Assembly (NCBI RefSeq): GCF_009834535.1
Contig: NC_045696.1
Span: 53,074,001-53,138,000 of the forward strand
Direction of reading: 5' to 3'
From: Camelus ferus
Taxonomy: Eukaryota
DNA: 64,000 nucleotides
This document shows, piece by piece, positions 24,901 through 38,365 of the stretch. The notes under the pieces were generated by a model that was given only the letters and a program-made list of their open reading frames with translations, was not told where the DNA came from and did no database searches. The position numbers were made by a program, and so were the translations under genes. Every line of letters begins with the position of its first letter. The stretch's first letter is position 1.

Positions 24901-27199
24901 GTTGTCACTTTTTATTATATCTATTGCTATTATTATATTTACTAGTCACAAAAATGGAATGAAGAAGGATGGGATGTGAGGCTTTATTTTTGAATCAAGC
25001 GGGTCAACAATTGCAAGATTCAAGGGGCAATGAGGAGAGCCCCAGGAACATCCACTCGTGGAGAATGCCGACTGAGGTACAATGTAGTGAGCTGACATTT
25101 TAAATTGGAAGAAAGAAAACAGTAGAAGATTACATTAAAAATGTTGACCTTTATCTAAGCCCTGTGTTCCCAGAAAGCAAGAATGATTAGGAAATCCACT
25201 CCCCCATCTTTGGGTTCCAGGTAATGGCTAACCACAAAGGACCCTGAGGGTAAGGGTGCCCTCACACAGTCTGAGGTAAGGCTCATCCCCATCCTTCCTC
25301 ATGGCTTCCATAAGTCTCTGATGAGTCCCTGCCCCCACAAAACCCCAGCTCCCTTACCTCTTCTTATTCTCTTTTAATTGTCTGGTGTCTTTTGTCTCTC
25401 ACACACGTCATACAGTTCTCCGTGCTGGGTTACCCTTTGGGAGCAGTGCCCAGAGCAATCCTGGACACTGCCTGGGATGGCAGGAAGAAGATAGAGAGGG
25501 GAATTTTTATTCTTATTTGGGTGTGAGCCTGTTCATTATACTATCCCTTATTTCACAAAATACATGCATTCCAGAAATGCATTGTTTTCTAGTGCCTAAG
25601 GGACTGCTATTAGAAAATCAGAGATCCCTGGGTATCATAAAATTCTGAGATGTAATAAAATCAGACACTTAAGAAAGCAGTAGTACCACTTTTACATTCA
25701 TATATTTAAGGGAAATAACTCTGTTTTTATAAAACACTAACAGCAATACTCTCAACATTTATAATCTTATGATACCTACCAAATAAGTCACACAATGAAA
25801 ATACTAAAAGCGAACCCCTCAGGTAGATTGCAGACTCCAGCAGTCCGCCTTCACTTTGGGTCTTTCCTCCACGTGGGTCATAAAGTTAGGAATTTGCCAT
25901 TCTTTGTCTGTTCAGTTTAGTTATTATGTCAGTGGGGTGCAGAGTCCCAACATTTTATGATGTTTTCTTTTTATTTTATGCCACTGGGTTAACAGTTAAG
26001 AATCACCACGTTTAGTATCTAGAATAACTTGCAAATGTAGAGGCTTTTCAACAGTACTTTATGAAGTGGAAGGAATTGTTTTGCTTATTATCCATCTCTT
26101 TACAATTGTTTGCAGGTTTTGAAGATTTCTGGAAACACTTTAAATGGAAACTTTGGTCTAATTCAGATTTTATAAACTGATACAGTGAAAACAATTTGGC
26201 TTGCATCCTGTTACTTCTCTGCCTCTGTCCTGGGTTTGGGCTCTATTTTCTCTAGTCTTTATCTTCTTTTTCTGTTTATTTATTCATTTTGGTAGAAAAC
26301 ATTCTCCAGTAACTATATGATAAAGATATGTGACATGTAAGTTATTTTATGAATTTTATATCTATCGACCAAATGTAAGTGTAAAAAAACTCAACTTTGT
26401 TGAGATCTAGATTAGAAATCATTTTTCTCCAGAATTTTGAAGGTATTTCCCACTGAATTCTAAATCCCGGTTTTGTGACTGAGAAGTCCCAAATCACTTG
26501 GATATCTTATTCTTTGAATGTGACTTGCCTTTCCATTCTTTTTCCTACTTGGATGTTTACTGGTTCTTCTCTGTCCTGATGTTCTAAAAGTTCATGGTGA
26601 AGTGCCTTGGGGTTGGTCTACTTTCTTCCATTGTGCTCTCAACCCTTTCAGTCTGGAAACTCATATTCTTCAGCTCAGGAAATTTTTATTGAACTCTTTC
26701 TTTGATAATTTCTTTCTTTTTGCTCTACTTTCATTTTCTGTAGTTATGACTATTTGGATAGTAGGTCTCCTGGACTTGGTCTGTAATGTAATCTTTCCCC
26801 CTCTTCTATTTTCCATCTTTTTGTCTTTTGCCTAAACTTCCTGGAAGATTTTCTCAGCTCTTAATCTGAATACACCTAGTGAGTTTTTCATTTCTACCAT
26901 CATGTTTTAAATTTCCAAGACCTCTTGCGTATGGGTGCAATACCTTCTCTTGTCTAAGAATATTAATATTTAATAAGTTTTCTCCTGTTCAAATTCTCTC
27001 TCCTCCAAGTTGCCTTATCTGTTTGTTTCTTTTGGTTTCTCTCTTTAGTGTTAGAGGCATTCCTTAGGCATCTGGTAATCTTCATTTGCTGTTTGTATTT
27101 AAAATGAAGAATACAATGTATGAGTTCTTGGAAGACCATCTCTAGGCGCTTTGTCAGAAGTCTGACTACCATGAGGCTGGCAGGCTAGAGAGTCCATGC

Positions 27200-27473
27200 A
27201 TAGGAAATCTGGCCAAGAATTCTAGCTGAGCCCACCTTTCCAGTCATCCTGTCAAGGTGCCAGGCAAGTGAATGAGCCCACCTCACCCCTCCAGACCAGC
27301 TCAACTGTGACCTGAATTGCGTGGCACAACCTTAGTCGGTGCCACATGAAACAAAAGAATCACCTAGTCCAGTGCAGGCCAAGTTCCTGGATCTTGAGAT
27401 ACTTTAAGGCTTTTGTTCTTTTAAGCCACTAAGACTTGCATAATTTTTTTAAAAGCAAGGGATGATCAAAACA
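27200..27473 (+). mobile_element. MLT1 (ERVL-MaLR) LTR fragment
   Basis: gccacatgaaacaaaagaatcacctag...ttgttcttttaagccactaag...aagcaagggatgatcaaaaca. Confidence 0.7.
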
Positions 27474-27649
27474 TTAGATTTATATGGACTAACAAGGCAA
27501 GGTGATGTCTAAGATACTGGTAAGTTAAAATGAATGCAACTTGTGTAATGACTTAAAAATGGTGATTGGAAATTCTGAGTATATAGGTAGGACTCCTTGA
27601 GTAGAAGATTTACTTCAGGGTAAGTCTTTTTTTTTTCCTCCTGATATTT

Positions 27650-28440
27650 ATTTATTTAGTTATTATTTTAAAAATAAGCCTCAGTTTTAGAGCAGTTTTT
27701 ATATTTACAGAAAAACTGCAAAGTCAGTATAGAATTCCCAAAAGCTTCTACATCAATATCCCCCTATTACTAACATATCGCTTTAGTATCATACATTTGT
27801 CACAATTATGGCTAATATTGACACATTATTATTAGCTAAACTTCATACATTATTCATATTTTCTTCATTTTTTGCCTAATATCCTTTTTCTCTTCCAAAT
27901 CACATGCAGGGCATCACATTAATTGTCATGTCTCTTTAAGCTCTTTTCGGCTGTGACATTTTCCCAGACTTTCCTTGTTTTTGATATTTTTGATATTTTT
28001 GAGGAGTATTAGGGATTTTGTAGGATGCCCCACTAATGGGATTTGTCTGATTTTTTTCTCATAAGTAGGCTGGAGTTACGGGTTTGGGGGAGGAAAGTGC
28101 CATTTTTATTACTGTATATTAAGAAGGGTACAAACTGTCAACATGACATTGCCACTGTTGACATTGACCTAGATCACCTAAGCAGAGGTAGTGTCTGTCA
28201 GCTTTCTCCACTGTACAGTTACTCTTTTTCTTCTCCTTTCCATACTCTTCTCACTGGAAGGAAGTCTCTGAGAGCAGCCGGCACTTCAGGAGTGGGGAGT
28301 TATGCTCTGCCTCCCAGACGGCGCAGTATTTACATAGATCACTTAGAGTACTTCTGCATGGGAAATCTGTCTCTTCTCACACATGCTTATTTATTCAATC
28401 ACTTATTTACATCAGTGTGGACTCATAGATATTTATTATA
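27650..28440 (-). mobile_element. L1MB/L1MC-type 3' UTR
   Basis: ttagagcagttttta.atttacagaaaaa.tgc...attgacacattattatta.ctaaa...gggatttgtctgat.tttttctcat..taggctgg.gtta.gggtttggggagg. Confidence 0.85.
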
Positions 28441-31400
28441 TGAAGCCCTTCCCCCGTTTTTCTTAGATATTTCCTTTTGAGTTAGTTACAGTCCCCAGGA
28501 AAGAGCTGTGCAGTGTTCTAAACAGAGGATAAAATTTAACTGTGAATATACTGGAGTCTCAGTGGAAAATCAGGTCTAGGGTTGGGGTTTTGCTATTTAA
28601 TATGCAAGTGTTATGCACCTGACCCTCAACTGTATTTGCTATACCCTCGCACAAAGACCCTGTTTTAATTTCTCCTGAGAAGTAAACTAAATTCTTTTGC
28701 TTAGTGTAGTCAAGGAGAGTCACCCAGGGGCATGGAGAGAGGAGGGGATCTAGGGATTTAACTGACTTTTAAACAACATTCAAACAGTTTTTCTTATTTT
28801 AGTTGCTCCTCCACCTCAGCCTTGATCTTTCCCCTACTTTCAGTGATAAACGGTGCTGCCAATTCCTGAACAGTTTGTGGGAAGGATGGGATTGGTTCTC
28901 AGCTTTCCTCGTTACTGGTTTAGGCTTCAGTGTTTCCATGTCTGCTAAATCAGTTTCACTCATCCATCTGCTTTATAGCTTCCAAAATTTCTTTTGTTGT
29001 GCTCACTTGTCTTGTTCTCCCCATTTCCCCTTGTATATTTGTCTTTAGGCAGAAAAAAAAAAAAAAACTTTACAGTAGGATAAGTAGAGTTTGAGGGAGA
29101 GTGAAATTGAAGGTGTGTTCAATCCACCATCTTTTCACAGCTTTGCTCAGGGTTACAGAGTTAGCTCCCTGAGACCAGAGGCTCTGTCTTTTTCATCTTT
29201 GTAGCCCCATCAACCCCATACATGCTTGATAAAGAGTAGAAGGTAAATTCTAATTGAGTCTCATAAATGAAAATAGGAAGCAGGCTCAGGACCCAAATAC
29301 AAATCTAAATCCAAGTTAATTTTGATTTTTTACATTGCACTAAACTTCCACCCCATATCAGTTATAAGGTTTGTATTTTAAGTGTTTAAAATGGAATTTT
29401 CCATCCATAAGATCATTCAGATCAATGCTTTTCAAATTTTTATGTGCATACAAATATTGTGGGGATTTCTGAAAGTGAAGATTCTAGATTTAGTAAGTCT
29501 GGATGGACTGTCTCTCTGCTGGTCTAAGAACCACAGAACTTGTATCACAAGAATGTTTTGTAATGGATTTATAGCATTATATATTCTGGCATTAGAAAAT
29601 ACTATTTTACATTTTATTTCTATTGTAAAGGTACTATTTGTGTAACAATTTTGTCAAAATCAGGACTTAGACAGAAACAAGTTGAGTTGTCCTGGGGAAA
29701 GAAAGGACCAGGAGCTCAAGTCAACCTAATCCAGTACAAACTAGGTTACATCAAATACCCATAAGATTGCTCTCTGTACAGAAATGGCTGGGACTAGAAA
29801 TTATTAAAACTACATATGTATGTTTTCATATATATTTTTATATCATACCTTATACTTTCCTTATATTAAGCTGATTTAAGATGGCTTAACTATGCATGCT
29901 AGTAATATTTATTATGAGAGGCAAGGAAATCAAGGCAAAGAGAAAATGATGATAAGAAAGATAAAATAAAACAAATGTTGAGGTTCAATCACCAAATATA
30001 TGTCATGGTTTCTGCACATTAATGACAAGGGCATCATAAACATGTCCCTGGGCAGTCAGAATAAAAATGGATACATACACAATTATTTATATACGTCACT
30101 ATGGCTAAAAGACAATTTCTTTAGGTTACCTTCACAAAGAGGAGGCTATATAACATTCTATACAATATTGTCAAGGACACCCTGAGAGTGGTAGTCTTAT
30201 ATGGCAACCCAGATACTATACATTAGTTCAGGAATAAAATTAGCTACTGGTGATGGAGAGATAAAAACAAACAAAAAACTTTCTTAAGGAGCTCACAGTT
30301 TTATGGAGAGACAAAGAAATTTCAAATAAGATGTGTACAACAGAAGTACAAAATTTACTGGTAGCACAAATGAGGAAGAAATTAACTTAGCCAGGGGAAA
30401 TGATGGGGGGTTTGGACTGGTTTATGGAGTAAGAAATAAAATCATACCTGAATAAATGTATATGACTTGTTGCCAAGATCTCTAAAAATACAAGATCTTA
30501 ATCTAAGTGGGCTCTGAACTGTTGTCATAAGAAGTGAAAGCAAACAAAGAAAGAAAAGAAATGGAAGAAAATATGCATAACTAGGGAGTTCTAGCAACAA
30601 ATGTGTGGAAACCCATCTCTGGGAGAATGAAGTTCAAGGAACCCAGTAACTCTTTATTTGCAGTAGAAGTCAGGGGCACAAGCTTCTGGGACCCCAGTAT
30701 AAGGGCAGTCCGAAAAGCAAGGCTTACCAGAGGCTGACTGCAGTTCCTGGGGCAGTCCAACAGCCTCCATGAGTGGGCCTTAACCAGTTTTGGCTCCCCA
30801 ACAACTTTGAAAATATGACTAAGGCTGTTGAACCTTTACTTAGAAAAACTCCAAATGTACACACATGCAAAGTGCTAATTTGAGATCAGGAGTTGTAAGG
30901 ACATCACAGACATTTTTAAGATTTTCTTAGATCCTGAGTAAAAAACAAACTAAATTTGATGGATAGATCAAGCTATCATTTTAACTTGAGTATGGGAGCC
31001 ATTTAGATATTCTTGGGAATTCCCTTTATTTTAATTCTGTGCTCATCAAGTGACCTTCTGATTACAGAAAATCAACAATATAAGGTGGATGACAGATTCA
31101 CAAAGCCCATTACGGGAACCTCAGGTTCAGACCACTCAGGCTAAGGGCAATGTGAAGGCCAAGAGTTGCAAAGATCAAAACATCTTCAATTTTTTTTTTA
31201 ATCCCAATCACATTTCATTGGTGTGCACTTTTCTTATTATTTGAACTCCCTTGAACTCCCTGGCCTTTCTGCAGACCCAGTAATAGTTGCTTCCTGTAAG
31301 ACCTAAAGCTAAAAACTGAAATATTGCATTCTTGCTTAGCATTGAGACCTCAGTGAGTAAAAGTTAAGTACTTTATTAACGTACAAATATTGGGTCCAGC

Positions 31401-31669
31401 AACCAGTTTGCCACTTTCGGAACCTCCCCAGGAAATACAACCACAAACTTGAAGGTCATGAAAATCTGTTCTACTGTGAGTCAGTTTAATCCACACAATT
31501 TTGACTTTATCTAAACTTATTTTTTAATGAATCACAAACTTCTCCCACAATTAGAATAACAACTGGTAATGTTTGAGTGGCACAGAATATTTCATTCTCT
31601 ACCAAGTTCCCTAGAACCTAAAAATGGTAGCTCACCAAGAGTGAGATGCCAGGTGGGGCACAGCATACG

Positions 31670-31850
31670 AGTATTATCTCAATGAAACTTGCCCCAGCAA
31701 CCCTATGAGGTAGGTACTATCATGATGCTTATTTTAGAGGGGACAAAACTGACAGGTTAAGCATTTGCCTAAGTTCATATGGCTAATAAATGTTAGAGTC
31801 ACGTCAAAACTCAGGCAGGCTGACTCCAGAACCTGCACTGTTCATTATTT
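31670..31850 (-). mobile_element. MIR SINE
   Basis: cagcaaccctatgaggtaggtactat...aaactga..ggttaagcatttgcctaag...caggcaggctgactccagaacc. Confidence 0.75.
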
Positions 31851-32199
31851 TACCAAACTCTCTCTCTGAGGCCCTCACTGTGCAAAAATAAAAATTAAGG
31901 TACCAAAACATTGGATATGTAGAAATAACAGGGGATGCTGGTTAAATAATATGACCTGAATTCAATGGAATTCTATGCTGTCATTAAAATATAGATTACA
32001 GAAATACATTTAGTACACTGGGAAAATATTCATTGCTGAATGAATAAAGCAAATATACTGTATAGAAAAATCCATTTATAATACACACACCAACACAGAA
32101 ACTCACACACACAAATACAAGATATATATCAAAATGTTAACCATGATAATTACCAAATGGTGGGTAAATAGATAGTTTTAATTTATTTTTTCAAGAACT

Positions 32200-32510
32200 C
32201 TCTTCTCCTGATCTTTGCACAGCTGGCTCTTTTTTTGTTTTTCAGAGCTTAGTTCAAATGCCACCTGACCCGTTGGTAAGAAGTAGACAACCACAGATGC
32301 TCTTTTTATATTTCCATATAAGAACTATATCACACTACCACACTTCAGTATTTATTAGCTTTCATTAGTAATTTTTACATATGTTTTTACTTTTCTGTCA
32401 TTTCCACTGAAATTGATCTCCATGTCCTGCTTATTCACTTCTGTATGTTCCCATGATTTAGAAAGTTGTGTGAGTGCTCTGTAAACATCTATTGAATACA
32501 TGAGCGAATA
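32200..32510 (+). mobile_element. L2 3' end
   Basis: ttgcacagctggctct...agttcaaatgccacc...gtaaacatctattgaatacatga. Confidence 0.55.
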
Positions 32511-32758
32511 CATGACAAGTGAACAAACAATATATCTACAACTTAACAAACTCTTAAAACATGTCATTTTACGACAGTAAATCTCAACCTCGAATTTAAC
32601 CAAAGGAAGTTCACAGATTCTCACCATCCACCCACCCCTACATTCACTCATAGAATCACACATAACTGGGTAGCACCGAGCTATCGCAGCCGTGGGAGAC
32701 ACGGAGGAGATGTTTTCTGCTCTTAGATTACATCTAGTGAGTTTGAAAGATTTTTAAA

Positions 32759-32959
32759 CAAGCTGACCCTTGAACAACACAGTCTAGTTATTCTTGAATT
32801 TTTTTTTCAATAAATACATAGCATCCCATGGCCCACAGTTGACTGAATCCACGAACGTGGAACCTCGGATATGGAGGGCTGACTATAACATTACAGACGG
32901 ATTTTCGACTGCATGAAGGGATGGTGCTCCTAACCTCCACTCTGCTCAGGAGTCAACTG
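32759..32959 (+). mobile_element. Tigger2a-type MITE (TcMar-Tigger), internally deleted
   Basis: Degenerate TIRs caagctgacccttgaacaac / ctcaggagtcaactg followed by TA; internal tgaatccac...ggaacc.cggatatggagggctgactata. Confidence 0.85.
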
Positions 32960-35271
32960 TAAATCTGAAATGATGAAAGATACACAAGAAGTAACATAAA
33001 CTACAGGGGCTCAGAGGAAAAACTAGCTTTTCCTGAGTTACTTTCTGAACAGGAGAAGCTGAAGTAGCTCATCTGTTTTAAAAATTATCACAAAATTACA
33101 GAAGCAATTCACATGGAAAATCAATACTAGGAAAACAGCAGTAAAGGGATGGTGTATGATCAGGTCTCCTTTGCCTATTTATAAATAGATACAAGCAAAG
33201 GTAAAGTGAGCTACCTTCTCACTTGGATGTGAGCAGAGCTTTGAGAAAGTGGACACCTCCTCTAGTCCTGGAGCACTTCTTTTCCAGATATAGTTTATGC
33301 TCCGCATATGTTCTAAACTTAACTTGTACTTCTGACGATGCATATGGAAAGAAATAGCAAAGAAAGTCCAGGTTTTTCAACTTTGATGACATTCCAACAA
33401 CAGGCAAAGCTATGTCACATGGGAAAGATGATGTGGAGGAAAGCTGGAAGATGAGTGACAATTACTAATTTACCATAGAACTTGAAGAACAAAAGCCCTT
33501 CTGCTTTAATTGCTAAGCTGTCTCCTTATCTCCTTCATTAATACCCTTGTGAATCAAAAGTATTCTCTTGGATTTGGTCTTTAGTTTAAATGATTAAGTG
33601 TACCCAGGATACTAGGTCTGATATGCTAAACCTTAAATGTAAAAAAGAAAAAATCACTCCATGTGCCAAGATTCTGTTAGCAGAGTAGATACTAGTCAGT
33701 TTTACCCAATCCATCTTTGGAATATGTGTTAAGTGTCTTGTTTGTGATGCTATGCAATAGTCCCATAAAATTTTGAGATGATTTAAATTATATTCCAGAT
33801 AATGTAAGACAATTTGGAGAAAAGATCTATTCACTAAGGAAATACAGGGATACAACTCTGGAACAAGGGGCCACATGCCTTCCTTACTACTAAGGTATGA
33901 TTTGGAGAAAAATATCTATGAACACAGGAACTATAAGAATGCAAATTTGGGGCAAAGACTTCCTTAGCACCCTACGTGGTCAGACCAGTAGGCATAAAAG
34001 CAACAACATGAAATTCTTTTTATGTGTCTTGTGGAAGACACATTTCTCATCTAGAAATCACTCAGCATAGTCCACTGAGGGGCAAAAATGAGAAGTAACC
34101 AAGCAACTTAAATGGACAGAGGTCCACGAAGGTTATAAATTTTTATCCACTGAAATATCTGCAGTGTTAAGAGAAGACCTACCACTTCCATATCCCAGAG
34201 AACCAAAGACATCATTGCTTCTCACTCATGGAAATTACATGTGGTTTCTGAGGCCTTTGGAGCTGCTCCAGAGTTACACTAAAGTGTTATACTCTTACCT
34301 TAAAACTATTCCAGTCTTAAGGAAATTATCCAGGATCCAGGTTTTGTCTCAAATCTTGAACAGTTTGTTTTGATTAAATCATTTGGGAAAACTCAATCTA
34401 AATATATTCTTCACATTTAAGCATTTTAAGCTAATTAAATGTAAATAACTTTGAAAACTTTTTAGAGACAACTTACCACCAACCATATTTATAAAAGCAA
34501 ATTACAGTTGTGAACAAGTTTCTGGCCAAGAGAGATTTGGAAACCCAAAATGAAAATGCAAAAATATGAGGAAAAATAAAGAGAGTCAATATTCTCCATT
34601 CAACTTCAAAACTACAGAATGAGTTGAGTTAGGAGTCAGTTAAAGAAATGAAGTTGTTTATAGCAGTTACAGATCGTCATAGACATGAAGATGATCCCTA
34701 ATATACTTAAAGAAACAGATATAATTGGGGTGAGAAATACTTGGACGTTTCACAAAAATATTCATTTTGCACATGCAAAGGGTTATTGTTTTCATTTGAA
34801 AACTTCATACATAATCTTGCTTGTCAAAGAATTGACTGGCTTTTGCTAATTTTGAAAGGACAATTCAGATAGCAGGGTCTGAAGGATGTGGAGATTTTGA
34901 GTTTTGAAGAGAGAGAATTAGAAAGAGGAATGCCTCCCTGAAGCAGTCAGGGTCATTTATTTCCTAGGGACCTCTGGCTTAGCCTCCTGTGCTCCCATTG
35001 TGTACTGTGTCCCAGCCGCTGGTGTCTCTTTTCCACTTGAAAGCAGAGAATTGTTTCTGTTATAGGGAGCAAGACAGTGGCAAACTCATTTCCATATTGA
35101 AAGCCAGCTCTGAAATACCATCATATAATAAAGTTCTTACAAGAACAAAATAAGACTTCATCTGCTTTGTCCCTATTTTTTCCCAACAATAATCAAGAGA
35201 GACCATCTTTTGGCATATTCTGTTTGCTTCCCTTTTCTCTACTTCTCTCTCTTTCATAGTTGTTAATTATT

Positions 35272-35590
35272 TTTTTAAACATTTTTTATTGATTTGTAAT
35301 CATTTTACAATGTTGTGTCAATTTCCAATGTAGAGGACAATTTTTCAGTTATACATGAACATATATATATATATTCATTGTCACATTTTTTTCTCTATGA
35401 GCTAACATAAGATCTTGTATATATTTCCCTGTGCTATACAGTATAACCTTGTTTATCTATTCTACATTTTGAAATTCCAGTCTATCCTTTCCCACCCCCT
35501 GCCCCCTTGGCAACCACAAGTTTGTATTCTATGTCTATGTCTGTTTTGTATTTATGCTTTGTTTGGTTTTTTTTTTTTTTTTAGATTCCA
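35272..35590 (-). mobile_element. Young 5'-truncated L1 3' end (probably camelid-type) with 17-bp direct repeats
   Basis: CATAGTTGTTAATTATT at 35255-35271 and 35591-35607; body ttttattgatttgtaatcattttacaatgttgtgtcaatttcc...ccccttggcaaccacaagtttgt...ttagattccacat. Confidence 0.92.
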
Positions 35591-36332
35591 CATAGTTGTT
35601 AATTATTGATTGGAATTTTCTTCCTCTCCTACTTTTTCTCTTTCTTTCAGTGTGTTCCTTTGTCTTTCCTTGGGGTCCATGTTCATTTTTTTTTTGCAGT
35701 TCACCTTTCCTTGTTAAGGGTTTTCATCCAGTGGCATCCTCTCGTTCATTCAAACTCCTTCACTGCCTTGACTCTTCTCCCTGCTTTTTCAACACATTTT
35801 CCCAACTCTTTTCTTTAACTTTCTTCAACTTGACTTTCCTAAGCTCAACAGGAATTGGTTTCCCACAGGTTGACTGGATTTATTTGCTGCTCAATTTCAG
35901 TTGGAAAAACAATAAAATGGAGGATAATTTTGTACCCTAGTTCCTAGGAGTCTTGTTCTGAACTCACCTTCAGTCCACTACTCATAAGAGGCTTTATAAA
36001 GTAGGGCAGTTCAATAATAATAGAAAAAATAAACAAACCAAAAAATTTTGGCAGAGTGAAGTTGATGGTGTTCTTCTGGCAACAATGAAAATTGGAATGA
36101 TTTATAATTAGTAACTAAAAGCGGTAAGACAGTAAGGGGTTAGGGAATTAGGATCGATGGTTGTGCCTGGGCTCGTTGGTCTTTCTCCTTCACACACTAA
36201 GAAATATGGAGCTGCGGGGAAAATGTGGATGACAGAATCTGGACTCTAGGTCTTTACCTTCATGCTGCAGCATTTGATAGCCATTTGCAGACAAGATTCT
36301 TCTGCAGGCCCCAAGGATGAAGAGAAAGAGTT

Positions 36333-36361
36333 TATTTGTTTGTTTGTTTGTAGTTTGTTTT
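36333..36361. repeat. (TTTG)n simple repeat
   Basis: tttatttgtttgtttgtttgtagtttgttt. Confidence 0.7.
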
Positions 36362-38057
36362 GGGAGGGAGGAAGATTGGGAAGTTGAGATAAACATGTGT
36401 TTAGACTAAAAATGTGTTTAGACTTTGAATATAGTGATCCAAAGCTCCTACACGTTTGTCTACATGAAAAGAAAAATTATGACAAAAATTGGGAAGCTCA
36501 AGCATGCAGCTAACACACCTGGATGTCAAAATGTATTTTCTGTTTAGCAAGGTCTAAACTCAACTTAAACCTCAGACAGATCCATATGAGTCATGACCCA
36601 TCCTTGCTGCCTCAATGTAACTGGTGAGATTTTGTGGGTATATGGAGGCAGAAAGCCAGAGCACAGGTCCTTCTCAAGAGCATTGCCAATGGACATGCAA
36701 GAAGGATAGCAATTCCACTGCCAAATTTCTTTTGGAAATAAAGCAGGGTTGGACCAAGATCTAATGAATGACAGGAAAGAGTAGCATGAATTATGTCCTT
36801 CATTTGCATTTGTAAGCATCTACTAGAGTACTATATGGTGTGCTTGCAGATATGAACAGGGTTTATCTATCCCTTAAGGGGTTAATAATCTAGCTGGGGA
36901 GATAAGGAAAGTCTGTCAATAAGTCTTACTACTTGCGCATGAGATTTGTCTGGATCTTAACTCTTGCCCTAGGAAATTTAAGGGATTCCGTGATATAGAA
37001 ACCTAGCAAGAATGAAAGGTGCTGGTTTAGACCTTAATTAATTATTTCTATAAATTTCTCAGATGTCTAGATTCATTTTTGTGACTTATTTACAAGGAAT
37101 AACTCAAATGATATAGTAGGCATCTCCAGGATTTCCTAAGAATTACAAATAAAATGCAAAATGTACCATTTTTTATTATTTAATTTCCCATATAAAAGTT
37201 CAATTGATTTGGATACCATACAAGTCTGGTTTACATGTTGAATTACATAGTGGCTGATCTGATTGTATGAACAACTGTCTGTGGTTACTTAAAATATATC
37301 TTTCCTGTGTCTTTTGCATCTATAGACCTCACCCTAGTCACATAGTAAGAGTCAACTAATGTTCTTTTTTTTTTTTTTAAGTGCAGTGAAGGTATTTTTT
37401 TAGTGAAATGAAAGGATGCCCAACAGGTGGAAGAAAAAGGAGAAAACATGTTCAAAAGAATACTATTGCAGTACATTCGCAAGTCTTAAATCATTTTCGG
37501 GAGATGTGCAAATTCACAAGTACAAAAATACTCACATGTAAAAATAAAAATTGAGAAAGAAAGTTCTTTTTAATATACCTCTTCTCAAAGCGGGAATAGT
37601 GTCTCTAGAAAGGCTGAAAGCTGAGTAAGAAAATTTTTTCTTTTCAGTGTTTGTGGATGTTTCTTTGTAGAGACGTTGGCTTGTGAGGCAAAGAGTAGTG
37701 AATCTTTTGACTTTCTTTTTTTATAATGGAAACATACTAAAAAATAAGACATTTCTATGTCTGCTTTTTATTCATTAGGAGAGTTAATTTCATTTTAAGA
37801 AATATACATTTCCTCTAAAACACTGTTTTTAAAGATCAACTTCATATATCACACTGCTTAGCATCTCTGATAGAAGTTTCAAAGCTTCACTGTCAATTGT
37901 CCAACAGGTTCCTCGAGACTTAGTTTCAGCTTCATTATCACAACTGGGCAAAAAAACAGGGTGATCTAGGCCCTTGGACTAGTCTTATTGGATTGCTTTA
38001 GTTTTTAATTTGAATCTTTTGGTGTGATTGTCTGTCATTGTCAAATTTGAACATTCA

Positions 38058-38365
38058 CACATTCATTCAATAAACATCTGTGGAATGTTTCCTATGTTTC
38101 AGGAAAGGTGGTAAGTTTGGAGGATCGTAGGGGTAAAGATACAATTGTTGCCCTAACAAGATCAAGTGACATATTGATTGAACAACTATGATCAATCAGA
38201 CCCCTTTTTACAGACACCTCTTCATTTATTTCTCCCAAGGAAACAATGAAGATAGTCAGAGAACTTGGCCAATTTCACACAGCCAGAAAGAAGTAGTAGT
38301 GGTGAAACTCAAACACCTGAGTTTCTGACTCCAGAAGTCAGACTCTTCTGCCACTAAATGATGTT
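38058..38365 (-). mobile_element. L2 3' end followed by a MIR fragment
   Basis: cattcattcaataaacat.tgtggaatg...; ggaaac..tgaag...cagagaacttggccaa.ttcacacagccag...tctgactcca. Confidence 0.55.

Larger units (their letters stand above)
26225..29133 (-). mobile_element. Ancient L1ME/HAL1-type 5' region interrupted by younger insertions
   Basis: agaattttgaagg.attt..ccactg...tgagaagtc; aaccctttcagtctggaaactcat..tcttcagctcaggaaatt; terminal ttcaatccaccatctt resembles a reversed L1 5' end. Confidence 0.6.

Noticed and set aside
28043..28480. 145-aa ORF
   Set aside because: Lies within a reversed old L1 3' UTR and starts at a non-ATG codon.
34072..34083. CTCF-like CCACTGAGGGGC
   Set aside because: Mismatches at the central AG positions and no upstream module.
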